Assembly (NCBI GenBank): GCA_964416155.1
Contig: CAYQCW010000014.1
Location: forward strand, 1-42,455
Direction: 5' to 3'
DNA length: 42,455 bases
DNA from: an uncultured Nitrososphaerota archaeon
GTDB taxonomy: Archaea > Thermoproteota > EX4484-205 > JAAOZP01
Part shown: in pieces, positions 1 through 9,072 of the stretch
Numbering within the stretch: the stretch's first letter is position 1
How the letters are laid out: the number at the start of each line of letters is the position of its first letter
Notes under the pieces: model-generated
The model's database searches: none
Told to the model about the DNA's origin: nothing
Seen by the model: only the letters and a program-made list of their open reading frames with translations
Made by a program: the position numbers and the translations under genes

Positions 1-185
1 AGCTTTATCTTTTCATTCTCCACGTATTCCTTAAGGATTTCCACCGTGCCATCAGTGCTTCCACCATCTACAACTATGACTTCAAACCTGTCGTCGATTT
101 GTTCCAGTATGCTATCTAACGAAGCACGTATCGTCTTTGCCTCGTTTCGACATGTTATGCAAATGCTGTACTTCAGATTGGACAC
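1..185 (-). CDS. GT2 family glycosyltransferase, N-terminal part (runs off left edge)
   Basis: Not in the ORF track. Manual translation from GTG at 185 gives MSNLKYSICITCRNEAKTIRASLDSILEQIDDRFEVIVVDGGSTDGTVEILKEY, the GT-A N-terminal signature. A GGAGG-like RBS lies at about 197-204. Confidence 0.9.
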   Translation of the reverse strand, partial: MSNLKYSICITCRNEAKTIRASLDSILEQIDDRFEVIVVDGGSTDGTVEILKEYVENEKIK

Positions 186-582
186 CAGTAAAAAAACCGC
201 CTCCGTTTATATTTCTTGTGGTTACGGATAACTCTAGCTTGTAGCTACCTTTCCCTTCTCAACCCGTTATTGTTAACTCCTAGCCCCTTTCTTCAAAGAG
301 GCTTGTATATTATACAACAAGCTTGTTAAACGAAAAGCTCAAAGTGATGGTAGAAAAACAGGAAGCCCAATTAGGACCTAAGCTTGACAAGATGTTTTAA
401 ACTAAAACACCGATGACCCTAAAATCGGTTTTCTCGGAATAGGCGTTAACAAGCTTCGATAAAACCTCTAAGTCTGATTCAGGTAAGTGAGCTTCATTAA
501 AGCACACATTAATATTTTGCCCTGTCATAACTCCAGAGACCTTCTTACCGTTTCAAGGTCTGGAAAACTCTCTTGCTTTTAT

Positions 583-1205
583 CTACATCTTCCTTAGAAT
601 AAAAAATCGATGGTATGACGACTCAAACACACGATAAGTCTTTAATAATATAAACCCGGCTATTTCAATATCTTTTATTATTTGTTGTAAACTAAATCCT
701 GCTTTTCCTATCTCCCAGTAGTGTATCCCTCTAAATACATGTTTTGGTATCCTAAGGCTTGGCAATTGAACAATTTTTTTAGCTTCCCCAGCTTAGGGAT
801 ATAGATGTGAATTAGCATAACCTCCGTCGAATCTGGCAGAGATAATAGGGCGTAATTCTTGGAAACGCGACGAATTTCTCCCAGCGAGATGACAAACTGC
901 TCGTAAGGCAGATGCTCCAGCACTTCAAAGCAAGCCACTGCATCAAAAGAGTTGTCAGCAAAGGGCAATTTAACAACCGACCCCACTACTTTTGGTTTTA
1001 AACCGCGGTCTATATCTATTGTAATTACATCATAGCCCATTCGTATTAAGTAGTTAGAAACAAAACCATTACCAATACCTATTTCAAGAATAGAACTCGG
1101 CTCAAGCTTGATTAACTCGTTAATTTGATGCCAATAGTTGACAAATCGTGATTTCGTGTTGTAAGATGGACCAAAGTATTGTTCAGGTCTAGTTTGGAAT
1201 GCCAT
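583..1205 (-). pseudogene. Class I SAM-dependent methyltransferase (Methyltransf_11-like) split by a -1 frameshift at an A7 tract
   Basis: ORF 708..1205 has ILEIGIGNG, DID, LPFADNSFDAV and EVLEHLP. ORF 583..765 supplies a plausible C-terminus (HYWEIGK...YHRFFIL). Adding one A to the A7 run (T7 at 774-780 on +) joins them as KLKKIVQLPSLR. Confidence 0.8.
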
Positions 1206-1376
1206 TTTTCTAGCGGCTATTCATGGTAACTATGCACACCATAAATAAACATTTTGGAAACGGCTTTCTGAAACGCAGTAAGTAATACCAAAAAATTTTC
1301 AGTCCATGCCCTATATTAACACTGTTTTCTGAGTTTTTACGGGATGCACGGGCACCATCCTTGCAAGATAGTGACG

Positions 1377-1950
1377 CTAGTTTGTCACTATTACAGACGG
1401 GGTTACCCTCAATAGATTCCAGATATATTGTTGCACGCCCTCGTCTCGAAATGGTTGGGCGATGAGGATGTTGAGGTCAAGTTTGATATGCAAGGGATAT
1501 TGGTGGGAGTTCTGTCAAGGCAATACGCGAGTGGAGGCTTTCCGCTCTCCATTGGCTTCGAGGACCTCGGGTATAGAAAAAGGCTTCCCTCTAGGCCAGA
1601 CATCAAGAGGTGGAGAGACATGCTTCCCACGCTCAACTGGAATGCTTGGAACTTTTAGGTGTTAAGTGAACTGCTTCCAGAAAATACACAAATAAGAGAA
1701 CCAGATATAGGGCTACCCTTTGTAATTGAAACGGATGCTGAAGAGGCCGAGGGGCCATATCAAATAGTTGAAAGTGAGCACGAGGTAATTTTCAAGACGT
1801 CGACCAACCAACTATGCGGCATATTCCGGAAAAGGAGCAACATTGCTGACCTCTGCTTGATTAATGAGAGAAATGAGTGCTGGAGAATAAAGAAATCACT
1901 TAGCAAGTATCCCACAGCCTTGCAGAGAATTTTATACTTGAGCTCCCCAG
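1377..1950 (+). pseudogene. Degraded inverted paralog of the C-terminal ~40% of the 3630-5045 gene
   Basis: One frame reads LVCHYYRRGYPQ*IPD...RQYASGGFPLSIGFEDL...RLPSRPDIKRWRD...WNF*VLSELLP...TDAEEAEGP...ADLCLINER. This matches LICHVHKAGHPQWILD...RQYPTGAFPLSIGFEDL...RLPSRPHIRRWRD...WILWAISELLP...TDAEETEGP...ADLCLIKER. In-frame TAG at 1413-1415 and 1656-1658; no N-terminal half. Confidence 0.92.
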
Positions 1951-1970
1951 CTTTTTCTGAGCCTCGCCCT

Positions 1971-2885
1971 TTAAACCTGAGAGGTCTTCGATTGTGTGGT
2001 TGGAGGCTCAGGAATTAAGTACTTGAAAGCCAGGGACCAGAAAGCAAGGACCCAAATGATGAAGAGCCCGTATCCCAAGTAGGTGTGGATTAAGAGCCCA
2101 ATGTCAATCCCAAGAAAGTAAACTGCTAAGAAGATTATGGCCAGCCTCAAGATATTTACGAGCAACGTTCCTATGAGCCCAACAGAAGTAGCTATTGCCT
2201 TTTTCTTCATCGACATTTTAGCATCTAAAACCAAGAGGGCTGCGAGGGAGCCATAGGCCAGCATCCCCTTTACGCCTGTGCAGGGACCATCTATCACCAA
2301 GTTATGCGTTACCCCTGAGCTGTCTATCATTATGACGATGTTTCCCGCAACCCAGGAGGTTATGTTTAAGGTCCTTAGCAAAGATCCGATGAGCCCCGCG
2401 AGAAAGTATTCCAGAACCTTGACCTGTTCAAGTAAGAACTCTATCTGGTAGCCAACTAGAAGGATGATAGTGTAAGCTATTAGCGGCATGAAGAACCTTG
2501 TGGCCTTTAGGCCAAAGAATATGAAGTAGAGGCCCACGAGCATGACCAGCATGTCAAATATGCCGAAGGAACTGGTGCTGACAATGTTTCTCACCAGGTT
2601 GCCAGCTATCAACAATACTCCGAAAACAATCTCATAAAAACCACCTTTAGACTCCACCTTCAGGAAGTCTTCCCACTTTATGAAGAGCCATATGAAAAAC
2701 GTAAAAAGTACGGCAAAAGTAAACGTCCAACTCGTGTTTAACAATAAAACAGTCAAAGGATTAATTGAAGATAATAGTAAGAAGACAGGAAACAGGTAGT
2801 GTTTATCTTCCAACATCTTTCTCGAAACTGGGTTCAACCCATTGAACTGTTTCATTCCTCGCATAAATAGTTTACGTGCCTTCAA
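1971..2885 (-). CDS. Archaeosortase (exosortase/archaeosortase family), probably PEF-CTERM-specific (ArtC-like)
   Basis: About 8 TM segments. Catalytic triad contexts IDGPCTG (Cys), VNILRL (Arg) and LIHTYLG (His). Lies directly downstream of a VPE-TM-basic gene. True start may be a downstream ATG rather than TTG 2885. Confidence 0.9.
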   Translation of the reverse strand: MKARKLFMRGMKQFNGLNPVSRKMLEDKHYLFPVFLLLSSINPLTVLLLNTSWTFTFAVLFTFFIWLFIKWEDFLKVESKGGFYEIVFGVLLIAGNLVRNIVSTSSFGIFDMLVMLVGLYFIFFGLKATRFFMPLIAYTIILLVGYQIEFLLEQVKVLEYFLAGLIGSLLRTLNITSWVAGNIVIMIDSSGVTHNLVIDGPCTGVKGMLAYGSLAALLVLDAKMSMKKKAIATSVGLIGTLLVNILRLAIIFLAVYFLGIDIGLLIHTYLGYGLFIIWVLAFWSLAFKYLIPEPPTTQSKTSQV

Positions 2886-2906
2886 TAACGCACGATGGTT
2901 TAAGCA

Positions 2907-3575
2907 CTATTGAATAGAAAAAGAATTCTTCACTAGCCTTTTTCTAAGGACTAGCATTGTAAGGCCCGAGAGGATGAGCGCTACCGATATGCTGGATATC
3001 TCTGGAACATAGAACTTGTGCTCTATATCGAAGTATCGTGACCATAGGAACGGGCGGTCAGGAACTCCAGCCAGGAATGAACGCCCATCGAAATCAACCC
3101 TGTACCTACCAGGTTTACTTGTGTCCGGCCTAATCTCCCACTTATCCCGCCAGTTCGGATCATTCGGATCGAAGACAATATCTACGAAGTATCCGCTATC
3201 GGCTCCTGGGTTTCCCGGACCGACACCTGGTTTTTGCACGACTATCGTCGGACCAACCCATTGGTACTCTATGCCATCAGGGTCGAATACCCTTATTGCA
3301 GGCGCAGGCCAGATGCCATTCGGTAGTTCGATTTTCCAAAGATAGGGATTCAGCGGGCTGGGACCCCTAAGAGTCCAAGCGTTATATGTGCCTTCATAAT
3401 ACAGTAGATAGAAGTAGATTCGGAAGGTTACAGGATTACCTGGCACCCCACCAAATATCTTAATCTCCGGTGCAGACCAGCCAGGATCAGCGATCACAGT
3501 CACAACACCATTTGCGATAAGCAATATACTTAAACCAATAAGCATCTTTTGCAGCCTTTCCATAGTCATATTCAT
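2907..3575 (-). CDS. Secreted Pro/Gly/Trp-rich protein with PEF-CTERM-like sorting signal (VPEI variant)
   Basis: N-terminal signal peptide. C-terminus YVPEISSISVALILSGLTMLVLRKR is motif + TM + basic cluster. 21 bp from the archaeosortase ORF on the same strand. Start may be ATG 3569. Confidence 0.85.
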   Translation of the reverse strand: MNMTMERLQKMLIGLSILLIANGVVTVIADPGWSAPEIKIFGGVPGNPVTFRIYFYLLYYEGTYNAWTLRGPSPLNPYLWKIELPNGIWPAPAIRVFDPDGIEYQWVGPTIVVQKPGVGPGNPGADSGYFVDIVFDPNDPNWRDKWEIRPDTSKPGRYRVDFDGRSFLAGVPDRPFLWSRYFDIEHKFYVPEISSISVALILSGLTMLVLRKRLVKNSFSIQ

Positions 3576-3592
3576 TTTTCTTATTACAAGAC

Positions 3593-3641
3593 TATATAAG
3601 CCTTATGTATTTTAAATAAACCATTTTTATTACAAATTCAT
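3593..3641 (-). promoter_or_regulatory. TATA box plus tandem 17-bp quasi-palindromic sites (module 1)
   Basis: + strand reads TATATAAG (3593-3600), cctt, ATGTATTTTAAATAAAC (3605-3621), then a weaker copy TTTTATTACAAATTCAT (3625-3641). Confidence 0.7.
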
Positions 3642-5045
3642 AATTACGGATTCCAGTGCCCCGTTAAAAAACCGGTAGGGTATGGCCAGTATTAATCTTC
3701 GCAGGGGTTGCGGGTACCGCATTATAGAATCGATTGTTTTCCAATAGTCTCCACGCTCCTTGATTAAACATAAGTCGGCGAGCTCAGCCCTCTTACGGAA
3801 TATGCCAACGATCCTGTCTTCGGGTAGCTTTTCAAATATAAGCCGGTCCTCGTATTCCGTGATCATGAAGGGGCCTTCTGTCTCCTCGGCGTCCGTTAGA
3901 AGGACTAAAGGAAAGCTCTTAGGGGGCGAAGGTAAGCTTATTTCTTTTGGCAAGAGCTCAGAAATCGCCCATAAAATCCATGAGTTTAACGCAGGAACAG
4001 GGAGCACATCTCTCCACCTTCTAATATGAGGCCTCGAGGGTAATCTCTTCTTGAACCAGAGGTCTTCGAACCCGATTGAAAGCGGGAAAGCCCCCGTTGG
4101 ATACTGGCGGTTTAAAAGCCCGTCTAAAATCCGCTCTATGTTTATAGGTACTTGACAGCCGAATCTTAACAGCTTCTTGGCAACCATCAGTAGAAGAAAC
4201 GTGTCAAGTATCCATTGAGGGTGTCCGGCCTTGTGAACATGACATATTAATCCGGTTTCCTCATCAACGAAGCTGGCGAGATGCTGCAGAGCTTTTTCTA
4301 CGCTTTCCAAAAAAAGCGTCTTATCAGACCTTTGATACAGTTCCAGTAAGCCCAGGCTTGTTATCAACGAATAGGTGGTCCTGTAGTTTGCATCATTGTC
4401 AGCATAGGGGTAGGCTCCTTCGAAAACTCCGTTCTTAACTTGACGATTCACTATGAATCGCCCTGTTCTCAATGCTTTATTTATAAGTGTCTCATTTGAC
4501 TCCTCGATATCGAATAAGGAAAGAATAGCCATTATCGTCAAGCTATTCTTGTTATGAATATGAGCGAAACCCCCATGATATATGCTTTTGAAGGCTCCTG
4601 CAGACTCATCCCAATTTTTCAAAAGAAAGTTAGCTATGTTGTCCTTTGCTGTTTCTGTAAAAAGCTCATATTCTTCACCTCCTCCTAAAAGCTTGGATGT
4701 TTCCAGCAGGGCATAGGATGGTAAAGCATTACCCTCGAGGGCGGGTTGGCCAAGGGGTTTCCTGTCAAAGTTAGAATTCCTAAAGACATGGATGCTTCCA
4801 ATGTAATTATTCGCTAAGTATGCTGAAAGTTTTTTGGCTTGAAGAAGCCACTTCCTCTCGCCGGTTGCCTTATGTAAACCCAGAAGTCCCAGTATGCAAG
4901 TTGACTGTGTCCAAGTGTCAGGGGACATAATTCTAAGATTATCCCTATGATGGTAAACAACATAACTGTGTACACCCCCCTCCTGATCAATCCAGGTTTC
5001 AAGCCAAGACCAAAGCCTGCTGGTCGCAAGACACAGTTTTTGCAT
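3630..5045 (-). CDS. (alpha/alpha)6-barrel protein (six-hairpin glycosidase / terpene-cyclase-like fold), function unknown
   Basis: Repeated helical hairpins with barrel-type loops (NRQVKNGVFEGAYPY, NRQYPTGAFP, LYQRSDKTLFLESVEKALQHL). Start placed at ATG 5045 (MQKL), about 25 bp downstream of a TTTTATA box; the ORF track extends to GTG 5123. Confidence 0.65.
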   Translation of the reverse strand: MQKLCLATSRLWSWLETWIDQEGGVHSYVVYHHRDNLRIMSPDTWTQSTCILGLLGLHKATGERKWLLQAKKLSAYLANNYIGSIHVFRNSNFDRKPLGQPALEGNALPSYALLETSKLLGGGEEYELFTETAKDNIANFLLKNWDESAGAFKSIYHGGFAHIHNKNSLTIMAILSLFDIEESNETLINKALRTGRFIVNRQVKNGVFEGAYPYADNDANYRTTYSLITSLGLLELYQRSDKTLFLESVEKALQHLASFVDEETGLICHVHKAGHPQWILDTFLLLMVAKKLLRFGCQVPINIERILDGLLNRQYPTGAFPLSIGFEDLWFKKRLPSRPHIRRWRDVLPVPALNSWILWAISELLPKEISLPSPPKSFPLVLLTDAEETEGPFMITEYEDRLIFEKLPEDRIVGIFRKRAELADLCLIKERGDYWKTIDSIMRYPQPLRRLILAIPYRFFNGALESVIMNL

Positions 5046-5155
5046 CCTGCAGCAAGTTTGGTAATAGCTATAAAATAAACATATCGTGTCACGAGAGCGT
5101 AAGAAAAATACGCGAAAATTCACGATCCGGTTTAAACGTAATTCTAGTTAACATG

Positions 5156-8100
5156 CTACTTTTTATCTCTTGTTCTGTTTGCCCTATAACTTCGTTCTTC
5201 CCTAATTTTATGCACACACGACACCATTATACGAAGCGAGGTAATTAAGATGAGGATACTTAAGGCTGTACTTATGATAGGATAGACTATGTCGTTTAGG
5301 GTCCGCGATACTGGGTGGATTATCTCGATCTTTACAGGTTGGCTCCTTGCCAGCTCATAGTAATCGTTACCCTCTATTAGCGAGACCGCTTCATATTTGC
5401 CTGCACTCAACCTAGATATAACCGCCGTATATGTGCCATTCTCATTGGTTTTAGCTGGAACCGATATTGTTCCAGTTTCTCCGGAGATTAGTATTGTTAA
5501 ATCCATGTTCTTAACGGGTTCGCCTTTAGTCGTGGTGACGATGCCATTTAAGAATATTGGTTCATCTAGGTTTGCCTTAGTGCTGTTGGAACCAAGGGTG
5601 ATTATTATACTTGCCCTCTTGACCCTAAGTGTCAGGTTTAAAACGTCTCCAGAGAAAAAGGCATCTTCCTCGCATGACATCCTTATAATGTATTCATCCG
5701 GGGCTAGCAGGATACGTATGCTTCGAGAAAACTTTCCTGTTTCATCCGTGCTGAAAGTTGCGGTGTCTATTTCAGTTCCGTTTTTAAGTACTATCGTAGC
5801 CAAGATATTAGCTTGGCGCGGTGGCGATACTGAACCATTAATGAGAATGATGTCACCATACTGGATCAATGCAGGAGTCATGTTAACTTCTATAAGTGTC
5901 GATACTCTATCTACCACGATTAAGTTCACTAGATCGCTTACAACAACATCCCCGGAGTTGCACTCTATAAGAATGCCATAGTTGCCCTGGTCCGGTGGAC
6001 TTTCACCAGTATTGATTACGAGAATAGTGAAAATAGAGCCCAGTCTCTGGACCATAAGAGTTTCTTGACTCAGCCTAGCTCCAATCCCTTCAGGTATTCC
6101 ACTAACCTTTAATGACAATTCTATCGTGTAGTTTGACAGTGATGAAACCCTAATCGTTACCGTAGTATTGTATCCGCTAACCTTGGGAAGTTTTACAGCT
6201 TTGGGGTCTACTGAGACTGTGAAATTTGGAGTTGGCGATGTTACCGTAATGTTCTGTTCAGGCAAATCTGGATTCGCCACGGAATATGGCTCCTCAGTAA
6301 TATCTGAGAAATCAGATACCGGAGGGTTGACAACTTTCATTACGACAAATAATACACTACGCGCGGATCCTTCGTAATAATCATCGCCGAGCCAGCTGGC
6401 CCTGAGCTCGTACTCCCCTTCAAAACTAGGGGTATTCGCCCACACGTAGCTGAATCGGCCGTTTGAGTCGGTCGTTAGATTTCTCAGCGGCGCCCAACCG
6501 CCTCCCTTAACGCTGTATGATAATATAACTTGGACATTGGATAACGGAGGAGACAGTGTGCCGCTTATTCTTAGAGTGTTGCCTGGTGATATTGACGTTG
6601 AGTCTAGGGTGATTGATATTGAGCTCGGGTTCTTCTTAACCGTGAACAATACTGGTAAGCTTGTTGCTTCTTTATAGTCCTCATCACCAGGCCAGCTTGC
6701 TATGACAGAGTATGAACAAAGTTTGTCTGGAGTATAGTTGTCCGAGTAAACGCCATTTGGAGAAGTCGTTACTGTACGTGTAAATGAAGACGTGTTAGGC
6801 TTTGCATAAGTTAATGTGACCATTGCTCCTCCGACTGCGGGAGAAATCATCCCTGAAACTGTTACGCTTCCACCGATTAGCACTGTAGATGGAGAAACTG
6901 AACAAGATATGCTAGTTGAGGTTCGCGGAATGGTCACATTTATTTGCATGCTTGAAGACCTGTCGGATATAGTGCTGGATGCTGAACCAGATCTTCCATG
7001 ATACGTTGCAGTAATCTCTACCCTGTCTCCAGGTCCGTTAACCGATAATGTTACTGCATATTTCCCTTGCAAATCAGTGATGGCGACAACTTGATCTAAT
7101 GGAGAAGTTACGGTTACAGAGGCCCCGGCTAGAGGATAACACCTGTCATCCCTCACGTAGCCTTGGACGTTGAGTTTTGATTTCGCATCCAGCCCCGAGT
7201 AATAGGCTTCCAATACTAAATCCCTGTCGACAAGGATTGTGCGAACAGGATTTGTGCTACCATCCTCCCAGTGTGAGAAAACCCACTTTTTACCTTGACC
7301 ATCAATCACCTCCGACGGCACTATAAATTTCCACTCGCCCTGAGCACAATTACCTACAACCGGTTTGTTCGGCTCAACCCATCTCTCAGGATCACAATTT
7401 TGCCAAGGGGGACCATATACAGAGGGGCCGAAGTTTAGTCTAGCTTTAACATTAGTCCTGACTTTAACCCTGTGAACTCTCTCAACAACCCATATTCCTT
7501 CCAGCACATCTGAGAATGCTTCCATCTCCTGACCAGAGCTTGGAACCCGGGCCACGACAGTATAGAAGCCGGGCTCGACCGGAGCCGGCAAGGTGAACCC
7601 TCTAGCCCAGCCGTCGGAACCCGTTCTGACCTTACCCACAAAAATCATACTAGACCATTCCTCTTTAGTTATAGGTAATGGGTACCATGGTGGAGCTCCA
7701 AGCCTTGGTGTACGTCTTATCAGGTATACCTCCATCTCAGTGTTTCTAAGAGCAGTTCTCGTATACTCATTCCTCGCAGTTATCGAACCTTTAAACATGC
7801 CTCCACACTGTACGCTGAAAGGAGGCAGGTTTTCAGCATCATTCTGATATTTAAGCCCACAAGGATATGGAGGGAACGGGCTCGGTGCTTGTAAACCCGG
7901 AGGATCTCTAATTTTAACAGCATTATTGTAAACCATAAGATCGTATATTTCTGCAAATTGTCTCCACCATTCTAAGTATGGGCATTCAACTCCTTCAACG
8001 TCGTTGAATGTTTCAGGCATTATCTCAAAACAGACTGCCTGAGGATATACTCCATTTGAAGCGTCAAACCTGTCAACGGCACCACGAATGAACTCCTTGA

Positions 8101-8962
8101 ACTTGTCGTAGCAGATGTAGTATGGAGGGGTGTTCGGAATATTTGCTTCCCTATCCCACATCGTGAAAGCCTCTAGAAAAACGTCATTAGGTCTTTCCCA
8201 CCGGTTAGCGCCATTATAGCAGAGTCGAGCACCCTTAGTACAATTAGGATCCCTCGATACTTGTTGCGCCCTCTTCCGGGGGCCCAGTGCATAGAATTCG
8301 TTATAACGATCATTCGGAATATTTGTGAGATATTTTCCCTCCCCGGCCCAGCCTAGCTCATATCCGTAGCTGTTAACGATCTGCTTAGCCTTCTGAAAGT
8401 CAGCGTATAAATCATCCCAGTTGGGAGGGACCTTATTTTTGTAGCTCCATTCTCCGGCTAAAAAAATATAACGCATACTAAGTCTATTAGCCCCTATCGC
8501 TTCAAGAAGCAAGTAGAGATATGGTTCCCAGCCTAACCATCCTAAGTCTAAACCATACAGCTTTACGCTTATCTCAACCTTCCCACCCTCTTCATCTGCT
8601 TTGTCTAGCATCCCCCTTAGGAATTCCCTCTCTCCGGGTCCACCCCAGAAGTCATACAGACCAATTGCAAAATCTATATAGGAGAAGAAGCCTGGTCCCT
8701 TAGTCATGTAATCGTAGAATCGTCTTCCACCATCATAGTTAAGATCTATTGTAACACCATGCTTAGCTCCGAAGCCCCTTACCACGTTGGAAGGAACGCT
8801 TACACCGAGTCTAAATCTTAAAGTGGGCGAGCCCTCAACGCTCAGAGAATTTTGTGAAAACAGACTGACATTACTCATGATTATAATAATAAAAAGAACC
8901 AGATAGTACTTGTTACCAGATAAAACCCACGCATTACGATGCTTGCTTCTATTATTCATCAA
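5156..8962 (-). CDS. Large secreted surface protein (1268 aa): N-terminal globular domain, carboxypeptidase-regulatory-like and multiple Ig-like domains, C-terminal TM anchor
   Basis: Signal peptide. PLAGASVTVT...TDLQGKY motif. Repeated 'S+S+..S.....G..V.+SG.+SP....+....T..NG.Y....ASW.GD..Y' Ig-like units. C-terminal TM and basic tail. Confidence 0.8.
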   Translation of the reverse strand: MMNNRSKHRNAWVLSGNKYYLVLFIIIIMSNVSLFSQNSLSVEGSPTLRFRLGVSVPSNVVRGFGAKHGVTIDLNYDGGRRFYDYMTKGPGFFSYIDFAIGLYDFWGGPGEREFLRGMLDKADEEGGKVEISVKLYGLDLGWLGWEPYLYLLLEAIGANRLSMRYIFLAGEWSYKNKVPPNWDDLYADFQKAKQIVNSYGYELGWAGEGKYLTNIPNDRYNEFYALGPRKRAQQVSRDPNCTKGARLCYNGANRWERPNDVFLEAFTMWDREANIPNTPPYYICYDKFKEFIRGAVDRFDASNGVYPQAVCFEIMPETFNDVEGVECPYLEWWRQFAEIYDLMVYNNAVKIRDPPGLQAPSPFPPYPCGLKYQNDAENLPPFSVQCGGMFKGSITARNEYTRTALRNTEMEVYLIRRTPRLGAPPWYPLPITKEEWSSMIFVGKVRTGSDGWARGFTLPAPVEPGFYTVVARVPSSGQEMEAFSDVLEGIWVVERVHRVKVRTNVKARLNFGPSVYGPPWQNCDPERWVEPNKPVVGNCAQGEWKFIVPSEVIDGQGKKWVFSHWEDGSTNPVRTILVDRDLVLEAYYSGLDAKSKLNVQGYVRDDRCYPLAGASVTVTSPLDQVVAITDLQGKYAVTLSVNGPGDRVEITATYHGRSGSASSTISDRSSSMQINVTIPRTSTSISCSVSPSTVLIGGSVTVSGMISPAVGGAMVTLTYAKPNTSSFTRTVTTSPNGVYSDNYTPDKLCSYSVIASWPGDEDYKEATSLPVLFTVKKNPSSISITLDSTSISPGNTLRISGTLSPPLSNVQVILSYSVKGGGWAPLRNLTTDSNGRFSYVWANTPSFEGEYELRASWLGDDYYEGSARSVLFVVMKVVNPPVSDFSDITEEPYSVANPDLPEQNITVTSPTPNFTVSVDPKAVKLPKVSGYNTTVTIRVSSLSNYTIELSLKVSGIPEGIGARLSQETLMVQRLGSIFTILVINTGESPPDQGNYGILIECNSGDVVVSDLVNLIVVDRVSTLIEVNMTPALIQYGDIILINGSVSPPRQANILATIVLKNGTEIDTATFSTDETGKFSRSIRILLAPDEYIIRMSCEEDAFFSGDVLNLTLRVKRASIIITLGSNSTKANLDEPIFLNGIVTTTKGEPVKNMDLTILISGETGTISVPAKTNENGTYTAVISRLSAGKYEAVSLIEGNDYYELARSQPVKIEIIHPVSRTLNDIVYPIISTALSILILITSLRIMVSCVHKIREERSYRANRTRDKK

Positions 8963-9072
8963 GTTTTCTGCCAGCCTAATCGTTATTACTTTTTGTTTGT
9001 ATCTTAAAGGATGGATACCACGTTGATCCTAAAGAGGATTAGAAATGTGCGAAATCCTTAATTATCACCTGT

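Noticed and set aside
232-582. Possible gene or IS remnant in the 350-bp gap (minus-strand MTGQNINVCFNEAHLPESDLEVLSKLVNAYSEKNRF)
   Set aside because: It is short, with no recognisable motif, terminal inverted repeats or transposase signature, so it cannot be supported without a search.
1413-1658. TAG reassigned to Trp, or amber read-through, making 1377-2018 a real gene
   Set aside because: Other Trp codons in the same frame are TGG, TAG ends several intact genes in the window, and the fragment lacks its N-terminal half.
5046-5123. GTG start at 5123 for the barrel protein
   Set aside because: The extension looks non-coding, and a TATA-like box lies about 25 bp upstream of ATG 5045.
9013-9058. 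GGAT-N9-ATCC and AGGATT-N12-AATCCT inverted repeats between the two large divergent genes
   Set aside because: The half-sites resemble the PEF operator arms, but the spacing differs (N5 expected) and the arms are too short to be significant.
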